From positions 96,001 through 160,000 of the IMG/VR virus record IMGVR_UViG_3300032213_003144: 64,000 nt of DNA; one strand, written 5' to 3'. The position numbers were made by a program, and so were the translations under genes. How positions within the stretch are numbered: the stretch's first letter is position 1; each line of letters opens with the position of its first letter. The stretch is from a virus. A model generated the notes under the pieces. It was not told the DNA's origin. It made no database searches and worked only from the letters and a program-made list of their open reading frames with translations. Positions 1 to 10,164 of the stretch are shown here, piece after piece.

Positions 1-1
1 G

Positions 2-1543
2 TGGGGCGAGAGTTGTCATTAGGCCTTTACCTAATCCACCTGTGAGCATCTTCGTCATCATCCCGAATATCTGTGCAACCATATTCATTATCTTCGTAAG
101 GAATGGAAGAAGGTCAAAAAATCCTTTCTTAAGATTCATAAACAATTCTGAACCTTTTGAAATCATTCCAGCAAGAGCCTCACCAAAGGCGCTTACTTCT
201 CCTTCGTTTTTTATTAATAAATCATTAAACAGCCATAAATTGCTAGCACCACCCTGAAGAGCTTTACCTATTGGCTTAAATGCTTTTTCCAGAACTCTTG
301 CACCATCCTGAAGTGGTCGCATGTAGTCATTAACGCGTTTCCAGCCTTGCTTGAAATCTTTCATCCAACTGCCCATACGTTCGAACATACCGGTAGCTTT
401 CGGTAAGAATTCCCGAATCGTCTTTACCATCCAGTTGCTTACGGAATCAACAGCATTGACCATGCCGTCGGTAATTGTTTCGAACCCCATTGACTGACCA
501 ATTGTTGCACTTATTCGCTGAAGGTCTCTTTTGATTACCTTAAATACGCCCTCAAAAGCACCTTTTGTTGGTTCAAGGAACTGGTCTCCAAAGTCGGCAA
601 ATTCAGTTTTTAACTGAGTCATGTATGACTTAAGTCGACCAATCAGTGTGTTATTTATTGCATCGAATTGCCCTGCCACTCCACCTTTTTCAGCAAAAAG
701 ACCAGAAAACAGGGCATCCTTAAAGCCAGCTTTTGTTTGTGTGAACTTTGATTCCTTCAATGCTTTTTGCATCTCTGGTCCTAGTTTGTTCGCTTCGGCT
801 TTTACATCCGCAAGACTTTTCTTCTGGTCATTGAGTGCAGCGACAACAGCTGCAACTTGCTCGATTGCCTTCTGTGGGTCTTGCCCAGCGGAACCAAAGT
901 CCATCAATGCTTTTAAAGTTTTATTGCTTGCGTTTATCTGTGTCGAACTCATTGTTTTCGACATAACGGCATATGCTTTATTTAGACCATCAACACCAAG
1001 AATTGCCAGGTCTGCATCAGCCTGTAAGTTGCGCATTGCCATTCTGGTCTGATTCATTGCTGAACCGAACTGTTGTGCGCCCTTGCCTCTGTAGGCGTAC
1101 ATTGCTGCCTGTTGTTCGCGCATCGCTGCGGCCGCAGCTCCAAGTGCCATGGTTAGCGCTGCAGCACCTCCGGCAATTAACTGCATTGCCCCACCGTATG
1201 CCTTCATCAGGAATCTTCCCGAAGCAAAAAGTGCGTGAGTTGCAAGCATGGTTGCGCCGAGAAGACCCATTTCCAGAACAACGCCTTTAATGGCCATACC
1301 CAGGAACTTGGTCATTCCTTTCCCGGTCATTTTGACCATGGAATCTATTTGGTCAAAACTTTTTTTCCATTTTCTTGATGTATTCTGAAAGCTTAGAGAC
1401 GACCTGGCCATCTGTGCGCCGAGGTCACGACTACCCAGTTTCTTGGCTGCTCTATCAAGAGCAAGTAATTCGAGGCGTGCTTTTACAAGTTCTTTAGTCT
1501 TGGCATCAAATGAAATTTTGATTTTTACAAGCTCGTCTGCCAT
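2..1543 (-). CDS. Tape measure protein, N-terminal part (runs off window)
   Basis: ATG at 1543 gives MADELVKIKISFDAKTKELVKARLELL... It is Ala/Gly/Met-rich and helical-looking, and lies directly after the tail chaperone, tube and sheath. It is absent from the ORF track, consistent with no stop inside the window. Confidence 0.85.
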   Translation of the reverse strand, partial: MADELVKIKISFDAKTKELVKARLELLALDRAAKKLGSRDLGAQMARSSLSFQNTSRKWKKSFDQIDSMVKMTGKGMTKFLGMAIKGVVLEMGLLGATMLATHALFASGRFLMKAYGGAMQLIAGGAAALTMALGAAAAAMREQQAAMYAYRGKGAQQFGSAMNQTRMAMRNLQADADLAILGVDGLNKAYAVMSKTMSSTQINASNKTLKALMDFGSAGQDPQKAIEQVAAVVAALNDQKKSLADVKAEANKLGPEMQKALKESKFTQTKAGFKDALFSGLFAEKGGVAGQFDAINNTLIGRLKSYMTQLKTEFADFGDQFLEPTKGAFEGVFKVIKRDLQRISATIGQSMGFETITDGMVNAVDSVSNWMVKTIREFLPKATGMFERMGSWMKDFKQGWKRVNDYMRPLQDGARVLEKAFKPIGKALQGGASNLWLFNDLLIKNEGEVSAFGEALAGMISKGSELFMNLKKGFFDLLPFLTKIMNMVAQIFGMMTKMLTGGLGKGLMTTLAP

Positions 1544-1618
1544 GGCTCTTTACCACTTCATAGTGTGATTTTTAAGTCACGTGAGTGTAAAAAGCGCCGG
1601 AGCTATGCGGACATTCGG

Positions 1619-1818
1619 TTATGCCTGCTGAGTCTTCGACTTGCGCTCTTGCTCTTCGCGGTCGTTGGATATTACTTTAGCACATGACATGAGCAGTAGC
1701 CAGTCAACATCGTCCCTATCGAGGAGGTCTAACGGGTTTTGCCCGAATAACTCTCCAAGTCTTGCTGCTGATTGGATTATGGAATCTTTGACTAGCTCGT
1801 CGAAGACTCCTTCGTAGG
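1619..1818 (-). CDS. Frameshifted C-terminal extension of the tail assembly chaperone (gpT-like)
   Basis: The -1 frame is open across the chaperone 3' end: PYEGVFDELVKDSIIQSAARLGELFGQNPLDLLDRDDVDWLLLMSCAKVISNDREEQERKSKTQQA*. It occupies the classic position before the tape measure gene. Confidence 0.7.
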
Positions 1819-2355
1819 GTCCGATGCTGACACCGTATCTGAGTATCCAGCAGCATCAAGGATTGCAAGAGCAGCTGATTCGATATGTGGGTCAACGCCG
1901 AACAGAGCTCTAACAGCGTCTGGAACAGGCTTAGTTGTCTCAGTCATTTCAAGAATAAATGGATGAGCAAAGTTCATGATGTTGCCATACTCATCGAATA
2001 CTTCTTCATCATCTACATAAATGCCAATTGTTGTATGACCAATTACCATGCAAGCAAACTTTGTTGCATCAAGGCCATTGCGTGAATCTTCACCACACTG
2101 CTTGCGCCAGTTCTTCATCTGTGTCTGAGTGATGTTTGGGCTCACCTTGACGCTGAGACCTGGTCGTTCTGGGACTTCAATAAGAACAGGGTTTCTCTCA
2201 ACCTTGCGCTTAACAAGAGTACGTAGCTTGTTTAGCTGAGTCTCTTCTGGGACAGAGGCAATAGTCGAGCTAGCTGCCGAAGTATCCTTCAGGGCTGCTC
2301 TCTTTTGCTTCTGACTGTCTGAATCTTCTGTTGTGTAAAGTGTGTTGTCGCTCAT
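1792..2355 (-). CDS. Tail assembly chaperone (gpG-like)
   Basis: 187 aa between tube and tape measure; ends ...DPTKESSTS with an overlapping -1 frame. Confidence 0.75.
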   Translation of the reverse strand: MSDNTLYTTEDSDSQKQKRAALKDTSAASSTIASVPEETQLNKLRTLVKRKVERNPVLIEVPERPGLSVKVSPNITQTQMKNWRKQCGEDSRNGLDATKFACMVIGHTTIGIYVDDEEVFDEYGNIMNFAHPFILEMTETTKPVPDAVRALFGVDPHIESAALAILDAAGYSDTVSASDPTKESSTS

Positions 2356-2406
2356 GTCCTGAAAACTACCACACCTTTATCCGCCGTAGCGGAAGTACCC
2401 TTTCAA

Positions 2407-2910
2407 CTATCTAAGGGTTGAAGTGACGTCAGATATGGCGAATGTGAGGGCGAATGTCGCTGGGGCACCGGATGATGAGTCACCATCTGGCTCTGTGATG
2501 CCAACCAAAAGGGCATCATAGTAGTAGCGGTCGTTCGTTGGGTCCTTGATGTCGCAGTCGAAAACTGAGATTACGATGTTGTAGTAGGCAATACCTACGT
2601 ACTTACGCAAACCCTGAAGCTTTGCTCCGATACCAGCAGCCGTCTCGGCACTCACCATGTCATCGTCATAGTGGGCTGTGAGCGTGATGTCGCCAATTTC
2701 CGAAGGAGCGCAAAGAACTGTCGGGCGTGACTTTCCACCTTCGTAGATTTTCTCTACAGAAGCCGTTATTTCGCCACCAGACACCTGGGCGAACTTAAAA
2801 CCAGTCCACTTAGGGAGGTTCGCCTGGACGTTTGTTTGCTGCTTGGCGTTGCTCGCAAAGTTACTTGGGAAAATCTCCGCAAGTACTTGTCTCTGTGCAA
2901 TTTTTGCCAT
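2407..2910 (-). CDS. Tail tube protein
   Basis: 167 aa directly after the sheath; GG...GDITLT...DSSSGAPATFALTF pattern typical of contractile-tail tubes; GGAGG SD upstream. Confidence 0.85.
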   Translation of the reverse strand: MAKIAQRQVLAEIFPSNFASNAKQQTNVQANLPKWTGFKFAQVSGGEITASVEKIYEGGKSRPTVLCAPSEIGDITLTAHYDDDMVSAETAAGIGAKLQGLRKYVGIAYYNIVISVFDCDIKDPTNDRYYYDALLVGITEPDGDSSSGAPATFALTFAISDVTSTLR

Positions 2911-2924
2911 TTCCTATTCCTCCG

Positions 2925-4385
2925 TTATACGACTGTTGAAGTCAGGTTTGATTTGACGATGTCAATTTCAATCTTGTCACCGACGCTTGATACTCTTACG
3001 CCGACTCTTGCTTTGACAAGACCTGTTTGAAGCTGTGCAGCTGGGTTGATTCCGGAATCACACTTAACTGTGTACCCGTTGTCAAGCTGCTTGCCGTTTG
3101 CATCGAATGCTGGGTAGAGAGCACCAAGGTCTCTCATTCCTGCAAGGATTACAACGAGTCTTGCTTCAATGTTTGCAAATATCGTGTTTCTTCCGTCGAT
3201 TGTTGAGAACACAAGGTCCTCAAGCGAACGGTAGCACTCTGTAACAATTGTGTTAACAACATCTTGCTGTGTGATATAGCGGAAGTTGTCACTGTCTGAT
3301 GACAATGAGCGAGCTCCATAGATTCTCACAGTGTTCTGGATTACACGGATTGCGTTGACGTAATTTTCGTCAAGGTCATCTCCAGTGCTCTTATCGATGT
3401 CTGTTGCTGCTCCTGATACAAACTTTGCTGTAGAAATCAAGCCAGCAGCTGGAAGCTGAGGACCTGTTTGGTTGTGGGCAACAGCTCTTTTTGCTGCAAC
3501 ATAGCCATCTGGCGGAATTGTTCTGGTTACACCAGCAATACCAGAAGGAACAGTAACCCATGGGTAGTAGAGGGCTGCATGCTCAGCGTTGTCTTCAGCT
3601 TGAAGGGCAAGTGCTGTTGCCTTTATATCTGCACTATTCGCACCTGCTGCACCATGAAGGATTGCAATTCTGCTGTAGTTATTTGCATGAGCAATAAGAC
3701 CTGCACGAAGTGCCACATCATCGTTTGAAATTTCTGGGCATGAGACAGCTCCAGTTCCAAGTGCGTCATTAAATACTGTCAACGTGGACAGATACTTAGC
3801 TGCGTTGACTTGGTTTTCGTAAGAGTTTCCTGCAGCGAGGGTCGTTGAAGTTATCGTTTTTGGAAGGGTGCTTGCTGAGTTCACTCCCGCAGATACGTAA
3901 CGCGAAGCTATCGAGCTTGAGTTAATTCGGCCAACCATTTGTGAAGATGTGGAACAGTTGCCCGTTGTATAAACAAGCGTACTCTCAAAGTACAGGTCAA
4001 GCTTGGCTGTTGTGGTGTTGTTCGTAACTACAACCGCTACATCTGAGCTCCATGCCCCAGGGCCGTTTGCGGTGAGTGTGATGCAGTTTACGTTTGCAGG
4101 ATTCAAGAGGGAAAGGTTGCCAACTGTTGCGCTGGCCCCTACCGCACGAGCAACATACGCCTGCGTGCCGCCCTCTTCAAAGAAGGTCTCCACAGTTGGG
4201 TGTAGATATGAATCTGAGCGGTAATCACCAAACATCGATTCAAACTCGGCGATGCTCTGTACGAGAACTGCTTCACCGCTTGGGCCTCTATTAGCAAGGC
4301 CAACGACGAATAGTTGTGATGATTCTCGGACCGTCGCTGTCGATGGGCCGGTTCTTACTGAAGTTGATATTACTACGCCAGGCAT
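2925..4385 (-). CDS. Tail sheath protein
   Basis: MPGV start, FFEEGG, YYPWV, PPDGYVAA and VNAIR...YGARSL motifs of phage tail sheaths. Confidence 0.95.
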   Translation of the reverse strand: MPGVVISTSVRTGPSTATVRESSQLFVVGLANRGPSGEAVLVQSIAEFESMFGDYRSDSYLHPTVETFFEEGGTQAYVARAVGASATVGNLSLLNPANVNCITLTANGPGAWSSDVAVVVTNNTTTAKLDLYFESTLVYTTGNCSTSSQMVGRINSSSIASRYVSAGVNSASTLPKTITSTTLAAGNSYENQVNAAKYLSTLTVFNDALGTGAVSCPEISNDDVALRAGLIAHANNYSRIAILHGAAGANSADIKATALALQAEDNAEHAALYYPWVTVPSGIAGVTRTIPPDGYVAAKRAVAHNQTGPQLPAAGLISTAKFVSGAATDIDKSTGDDLDENYVNAIRVIQNTVRIYGARSLSSDSDNFRYITQQDVVNTIVTECYRSLEDLVFSTIDGRNTIFANIEARLVVILAGMRDLGALYPAFDANGKQLDNGYTVKCDSGINPAAQLQTGLVKARVGVRVSSVGDKIEIDIVKSNLTSTVV

Positions 4386-4520
4386 AGGACCTTCCTATTA
4401 CTTCTCATTGAGGGTGGGATTCCCTTATGTGAGTCAATTGTACAGAGGCAAAGTGATTATTTTGTGCAACTATCACTGGAACCTCAAACAAGTGGCTTTA
4501 ATAAGAAAAACATTTATAAA

Positions 4521-5198
4521 TCATACACCAGGGCCGGTAACGATGACCTCACCATTGGCTCCAGTGAGAACTATTCTGTTATCAGTTGATGGAGTTTCAA
4601 GACCAGGAATGTCATTACCGGAGCTGACAGAAACAGTGTCAAACTCAATTTGCGACACTGCAGCATGGTCCTTGCGCATCACGACTTCATCTATCTGGAG
4701 TGTGTATGCAATATAGGAGCCTGCCATAACGCGCTCACCTTTGAGTAACGTTATATCTGAAAATTCCTCACGAATTGTTGATTCATCGATTACGGCACGA
4801 AAAGAAGTCCTTGAGTCATAAGCTCGTAGACACGGATAGTCAAGCAATGCGGAACGGACTATCGTCGTCATTCTGTCTCTCATTAATGTGCATTCCTCTG
4901 AACCCTCAGTCCTGACCCAGACGTATGTACGCATTGAATAGCTGACACGATATAACGGGTCGCCATTGTCAAATCCAATTCTTTCCATCTCATTTGTGGA
5001 GAGAACCGTAGTAATGAGTGACGGCCATCTATCAAGTGCTAATGGCTCATGGAGTATGTACTGCTCTGGCGGTGGTAGTTGTTGATTATCAAGAGCCCAA
5101 CCATTCTGATAGTCAACCAGGCGTGATGGAATATCCAACTGGAGATAGTCGTTCACATACTTTTTGGCGAAGTGGGCACCATTCATCAGGTTAATCAT
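4521..5198 (-). CDS. Putative tail terminator/completion protein
   Basis: 225 aa between neck genes and sheath; call is mainly positional. Confidence 0.5.
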   Translation of the reverse strand: MINLMNGAHFAKKYVNDYLQLDIPSRLVDYQNGWALDNQQLPPPEQYILHEPLALDRWPSLITTVLSTNEMERIGFDNGDPLYRVSYSMRTYVWVRTEGSEECTLMRDRMTTIVRSALLDYPCLRAYDSRTSFRAVIDESTIREEFSDITLLKGERVMAGSYIAYTLQIDEVVMRKDHAAVSQIEFDTVSVSSGNDIPGLETPSTDNRIVLTGANGEVIVTGPGV

Positions 5199-5680
5199 GT
5201 GAGCTTGCTTCCTTGGATTATGTACTTTCTTGCAGCCTTGCCAACATCTCTGTCAAAGTCTCTCGGTGTAAAAAGTATTGGTCTTGCTGGCATATTTTCT
5301 GTTCCGTATTGATGAAACTTAGCAATCCTATTATTGACTGTTAGCGTTATGGACTGGTCGCTCGCTGCTCCACCAATAACATCAAGATGAGTTGCATCGA
5401 ATAATAATCCACCAGTTCTTACCAACATTGGAGTGGGCCAGTGTGTTGCCTTCCATGCTCCGTACTCAGGGGAGAGCGGTGGCCACGCTCCACCGAGCAT
5501 TGCTTTTGCAGACATAGAACCTTGTGATAAAAAATTCTCTTTAGTTGCATCTTCTAGTTTGTTTTTTGCCCACCTAAGAACAGGACCCATATCCCGTGTT
5601 CTGTCGCCCAAATCATCTAGTCGTTCTTTTGCTTCGTCAGAGTCGATTGAGACTCGTGTTACTACGCGTACTCGTGTCAC
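5195..5680 (-). CDS. Virion morphogenesis (tail completion S-like) protein
   Basis: WPPLSP...AKFHQYGTENMPARP motif. Confidence 0.8.
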   Translation of the reverse strand: MTRVRVVTRVSIDSDEAKERLDDLGDRTRDMGPVLRWAKNKLEDATKENFLSQGSMSAKAMLGGAWPPLSPEYGAWKATHWPTPMLVRTGGLLFDATHLDVIGGAASDQSITLTVNNRIAKFHQYGTENMPARPILFTPRDFDRDVGKAARKYIIQGSKLT

Positions 5681-5682
5681 TA

Positions 5683-6327
5683 TTAAATCCGTGTTCTTTT
5701 ATATCTTCTCAAAGTTGAAAGTTCAGTATCCATGAATCCAGTCATCATCGGAGCAACATTTCTTGGATTTAGGTCTTTTACACCAACAACATCGTCATGC
5801 ATGTTTTGCATTTCACGAGTTGCCGCACGAAGAATCATCAGTTTGAAAACAGGGATACTTGCCCCATCTAAACCTGCAGTATAAGTAATCGTCATCAGGT
5901 CATCTGGGTACCCATAGTAGAAATCTATTCCATACGTTCTTGTTACATAGTCCTGTTCATTAACTAGGATTCTTTCTGTTCCTTGTGCTGGCTTAACTTT
6001 TACCTGAGTTATAGAAACTATTGGGGTATTCTTTAGGTATATGGCTGGAGGGGGAGCGGCGTACGTCGTGTTATTGACCACGTTATCGACGAACGTATCG
6101 CTGTAGTTGTTGTCCGTAATCGACAGGAATGATGACATCGGTACACCGTAATGACCAGCGTCCAGGCGATGCTCCTCAACAAACTGAGTTGGCTCTATAG
6201 GTCGGCGAAGAAAAGCTTCTAGTTCGCTTTGGAGCCCTTCTAGAATCATTTCGCACGCGTCTATCTGGCGGTTAGTCAAGGATATATCCATGTAGACCTT
6301 AAGGTCATTTACCGTAACAAGTGCCAT
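5683..6327 (-). CDS. Head-to-tail adaptor/connector
   Basis: LVTVNDLKVYM N-terminus and ITYTAG motif typical of gp6/gp15-like connectors. Confidence 0.75.
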   Translation of the reverse strand: MALVTVNDLKVYMDISLTNRQIDACEMILEGLQSELEAFLRRPIEPTQFVEEHRLDAGHYGVPMSSFLSITDNNYSDTFVDNVVNNTTYAAPPPAIYLKNTPIVSITQVKVKPAQGTERILVNEQDYVTRTYGIDFYYGYPDDLMTITYTAGLDGASIPVFKLMILRAATREMQNMHDDVVGVKDLNPRNVAPMMTGFMDTELSTLRRYKRTRI

Positions 6328-6446
6328 GTCATCCTCGGGTCAAAAGTTATTGGGACTCTTTATAGTCCATAATTTTAACATTTTTTACCTATTTTTGAGG
6401 TCAATGATTGATTGACCAACCACTTAGATGCTGGTAGTGTACGGAA

Positions 6447-6833
6447 ATGGCCAAACCGAGCAAAACAGAAACAAAAGAGGATGTAGTAAATATCCTCAAT
6501 CATGTCACTGAAACCCTATTTTTCTTTTTTGAAGATAACGAGGAAGACATTGAAGAAGACGATGAGGCTCTTGATGAGTTTACTGACTTCATGTGGGTGA
6601 TTGCCAATGTAGCCATGGGTGCAGCGGGTATGACTATTACTGGAAGAAACCCAGACGGGACAATCAATGCGGTATTCAATCCAGTTAAAAGCGTTAAAAA
6701 GTTCCTACAAGAGGAATACACCGGAGATGACACCGATAGATACTTCGAGGATATGGTTACCGTTAATGACGACCCATCCGAAATGGACCTAGGGGACTTC
6801 GACGAATTATTTACTGGAGAAAAGAAGAAGTAA
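6447..6833 (+). CDS. Acidic hypothetical protein
   Basis: 128 aa, D/E-rich; -10-like TAGTGT 6 nt before the ATG. Confidence 0.7.
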   Translation: MAKPSKTETKEDVVNILNHVTETLFFFFEDNEEDIEEDDEALDEFTDFMWVIANVAMGAAGMTITGRNPDGTINAVFNPVKSVKKFLQEEYTGDDTDRYFEDMVTVNDDPSEMDLGDFDELFTGEKKK

Positions 6834-6835
6834 AA

Positions 6836-7597
6836 CTACTTCTTTCTCGTTACACTACGTTTTTTGCCGCCAGACTTAACTGTCTTCTTCGTCTTTGACT
6901 GAGCTGTTTTTGCTCTTTTTGAAGAAGCTGCAGCACGTGGTCTTTTAACAATTGGCGGTCTAAGACCCTTCATCGGTGACTTAACTCCACCAGCCTTGTT
7001 GATTCCAGATGGTGTTGCTCGCTTTGCTATCTGCAATCTATCCAATCCTTCTTCGTTGGTGACGCGCTTTTTCTTTCCAGCACCAACCCTAACTCCGCCA
7101 CGCTTGGCCATTCTCTCGAATGCGCGCTTCTTGATGTCGGTGTATTGTTTGGTTTGTGTCAAGCCAATATATGATGAGCCCTGACCTGCACGACGTGTAA
7201 CTTTTTCATCACTTCTACGTAGGCTCTCTTTTGTATCTCTCTTGAGCTTTATTCTTCCAGTTCTCTTGTTTTTTGCAATTTTAGCTCTTTTTGACGCTGA
7301 ACCCTTTTTGGTAATACCATCACGAGAGTATTGCTGCATTTTAAAAAGGTCGCCGTAGTTACCCTTCTTTAAATCGCGCTTTGTAACACCAAAGATGTCA
7401 GTTGCCATAGCGGCGAAACGGTCATACTTTTGTTGGTCTCGTTTGTTGAGTTTGGCTGCTTTTACTTTTTTCCCAGCCTTTTGGGCGGCCTGAGCTGCAC
7501 GCTTGAGTGACTGCTCTTTTTTATTGAGGTCGACTATGCCCTTATAGATATAAGCAGCATCATCCGAAATATCTGGGCCGTAACGTACACCTGGCAT
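6836..7597 (-). CDS. Highly basic Lys/Arg-rich protein, possibly DNA-binding
   Basis: 253 aa, strongly K/R-rich; AAGGAG SD upstream. Confidence 0.7.
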   Translation of the reverse strand: MPGVRYGPDISDDAAYIYKGIVDLNKKEQSLKRAAQAAQKAGKKVKAAKLNKRDQQKYDRFAAMATDIFGVTKRDLKKGNYGDLFKMQQYSRDGITKKGSASKRAKIAKNKRTGRIKLKRDTKESLRRSDEKVTRRAGQGSSYIGLTQTKQYTDIKKRAFERMAKRGGVRVGAGKKKRVTNEEGLDRLQIAKRATPSGINKAGGVKSPMKGLRPPIVKRPRAAASSKRAKTAQSKTKKTVKSGGKKRSVTRKK

Positions 7598-7671
7598 AAA
7601 ACTCCTTGGACATAAAAATATACCAGAAAATATGCCTACAACCTGGACACCATTTAATTAAGTTTTATTAA

Positions 7672-8232
7672 TCACCTGTCAGCATTTGGTGGCGATTCAA
7701 AGAATGGCCCAGAAATACCCTCTTTCCCGGATGGGGCCTCTATCGGGACCCATGCACGAGCATAGTTGTGTTCTTTTATCTTTCGCACTTTTATCAGACT
7801 GCTGTCAAGCATTAACGATAACTCATCAGATTTCATGCACAACATGTCATCAAAATCCTGGTTCGTGTAGCGACCTGACCGTTTCATCTCGCGAACTATT
7901 TTTGAAAGCTTTGCTGCAACAATGACAGATTTTCCTCGATTTAGCTGAATGTGCATCATCATTGCTTCTAGCTTGTCGCAATCATGGAATACAACAGGTA
8001 TACGATTGCCGTGAATTTCAGATATTTCAGAAATACTCATAAATAGGTTGTATCTCTCCGAACCATCTATTATCTCGCCAGTCTCCCTCCGTGCGTGTAT
8101 TGGGTGTATGAACCCATGCTGCATTAAGGATGAAGAAATTACGAGCAGCTCAGGTCTAATCGTGTATGTTGTCTTCCAATCTGGGATAACGAGCGAGCCA
8201 GCACTAACCCATTCAATTTTTATTTCTTTCAT
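7672..8232 (-). CDS. ParB/Srx-domain protein (IbrB-like)
   Basis: GFIHPI...EIIDGSER...LNRGK; degenerate DG(H)xR motif. Confidence 0.75.
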   Translation of the reverse strand: MKEIKIEWVSAGSLVIPDWKTTYTIRPELLVISSSLMQHGFIHPIHARRETGEIIDGSERYNLFMSISEISEIHGNRIPVVFHDCDKLEAMMMHIQLNRGKSVIVAAKLSKIVREMKRSGRYTNQDFDDMLCMKSDELSLMLDSSLIKVRKIKEHNYARAWVPIEAPSGKEGISGPFFESPPNADR

Positions 8233-9356
8233 AGTTCTAGTTCGCTTTCAATTATTCTCACTGCATTTGCTTTGGTCTTTGGTCCAACAGGGGTCGGCGA
8301 ATTAACATCTATCTCATTGAGCATGAGATTTCTTATTAACCAAGAAATCGGATATCCATATGGGTCCTGAATATGTTTTTTTCTAAACTTTGAAACATAA
8401 ACACGCGCTTCCATTTTTCTTCTATCGCCAACAAGATACTCTTCAATAAACTCAGATGCACCATCAAATCCTCTACCAGAGTATCTGGCAATAAGGCTTT
8501 CGCTGTCAAATTCAGGCCACCACCTTCGCTGCGCGTCGATGAACGGGAAGCACTCCCAAAGCCTGTCATAAAATTCTGGCTCAGTAGCAATAACATCGCC
8601 TATCCTTCTGATTGCTGTTGCATGGAGCGGTATCCCAACCCTCGTATTACTACCAGTAGCTACCGCCAAGTCGTAGTACTCACAGTATTCGGCTCCGTGT
8701 TCTTCTGTTATGAACTTAAATACGTCATTCGTATTCCAGTCATAAATTACTTTTGCAAATTTAAGAGGAATTCCAGCCTTGAGTTTATATGGAGTATTGA
8801 TGTAATTTTCGTGCAGTTTCTGGACTACGGAGCGATATCGCACCATTGACTCACTAGCCCTAACTCCTGTAAGAAACGCAACATTGCCCTTTTTACCCTG
8901 CATCGTGTAGTAGTCGGTTTGTTCAGGGAGAGACGTACTATGCGATAGACCAAAGTGGTTACCGTTGATAGCAAACTCTGGCATGTCTCTTAGCCATCTT
9001 TGCTGCTCGCCTCTTTGCTCACTCCATAGGATTGTTGTGAGCCTATATCCAAGAATCCAAATTTCAGCAGGGTATGGCAAGCAGTACCACTCCATATCAA
9101 CCCAGTCGTAGTTCCTGACCTTCTCAACGTATTCAACAACGCTTGGGCTCACCATCTCTTCGTCACGGAAAATAACTTTTACCGGACCGAGTCCTCTTTC
9201 TTCGTGCACTTCTTTGGCTAGATAGAGAATTGCTGTTGAGTCTTTCCCACCAGAAAACTGAACGCACACCGTGTCGAACTGGTCGTAGACATGCCTAATA
9301 CGCTGTCTTGCAGCATCCACGCATGTCATATCTAGGAATAATCTCTGTCTAGTCAT
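8229..9356 (-). CDS. PAPS reductase-family protein (IbrA-like)
   Basis: PP-loop FSGGKDS, GVRASES..R and IYDW motifs. Confidence 0.9.
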   Translation of the reverse strand: MTRQRLFLDMTCVDAARQRIRHVYDQFDTVCVQFSGGKDSTAILYLAKEVHEERGLGPVKVIFRDEEMVSPSVVEYVEKVRNYDWVDMEWYCLPYPAEIWILGYRLTTILWSEQRGEQQRWLRDMPEFAINGNHFGLSHSTSLPEQTDYYTMQGKKGNVAFLTGVRASESMVRYRSVVQKLHENYINTPYKLKAGIPLKFAKVIYDWNTNDVFKFITEEHGAEYCEYYDLAVATGSNTRVGIPLHATAIRRIGDVIATEPEFYDRLWECFPFIDAQRRWWPEFDSESLIARYSGRGFDGASEFIEEYLVGDRRKMEARVYVSKFRKKHIQDPYGYPISWLIRNLMLNEIDVNSPTPVGPKTKANAVRIIESELEL

Positions 9357-10162
9357 GGTGTGTGCTCTGAGATAAATGAAATTAATTTCTCAGCAACAGT
9401 GTCACCTTCCAATCCTGCGTCAGAACGTAGCCACTTTATGAACGTATACCACTCAGCTTGTTGCTGAGTGTCGTCAAAAACTATTGTGTACTGAACAACA
9501 GCCTGTGGTGCCGAGCGAGGGGAAACCGTGGTTGAACCCCTAATCACTGCGTCGTTCTGGTCGACTCCAGGACGAACATTTATTTGCTGATTTCCATCTT
9601 TGTCTTTTGTTATTGAGACGGTATTTAGGTCGACCGACGTGTCTTTCTTTACTTTTTCTTCTTCTTCTTCTTCTTTAGAAAAAATAATTGGTGGAACGTA
9701 TTTGTCCGAACCAAGAACTTGATACTCTTCCCTGATTGATGTCTGTTCAAATTCTGCAATCTCGAACTCATCCCATCCAAGACTGTCAACGAGCTCTGGA
9801 TACTCTTCGTGAATTTCAAGGATGAACTCACTTAGCAATTCCGCTTCTGTGTAGCCAAGCTCCATTGTTCTGTTGTCGGCAATAGCAAATGCAATCGCCT
9901 TCTTATTGTCAACGTCATAGCTAACTGCTGCTATCTTGTCCCATCCAAGAAGTTTTGCTGCTTCTAGCTGATGGTTACCCGCAATAACTGTTGCCGTTCC
10001 ATCGTCGTTTGGGCGAATAACAATTGGTTTTATCTGCCCAAATTCTTTATATGAAGCCATGATTGACTGGACGTTACCTTTTCTTGGGTTTCCCTCAAGT
10101 GGAACAAGTTTGTCGACATCAACAGCAAGTTGCTTTAATGATTCGTGAATTTTATCTGACAT
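9353..10162 (-). CDS. ParB/Srx N-terminal domain protein
   Basis: NPRKGN...FGQIKPI...IAGNH...AIADNRT. Confidence 0.85.
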   Translation of the reverse strand: MSDKIHESLKQLAVDVDKLVPLEGNPRKGNVQSIMASYKEFGQIKPIVIRPNDDGTATVIAGNHQLEAAKLLGWDKIAAVSYDVDNKKAIAFAIADNRTMELGYTEAELLSEFILEIHEEYPELVDSLGWDEFEIAEFEQTSIREEYQVLGSDKYVPPIIFSKEEEEEEKVKKDTSVDLNTVSITKDKDGNQQINVRPGVDQNDAVIRGSTTVSPRSAPQAVVQYTIVFDDTQQQAEWYTFIKWLRSDAGLEGDTVAEKLISFISEHTP

Positions 10163-10164
10163 AG

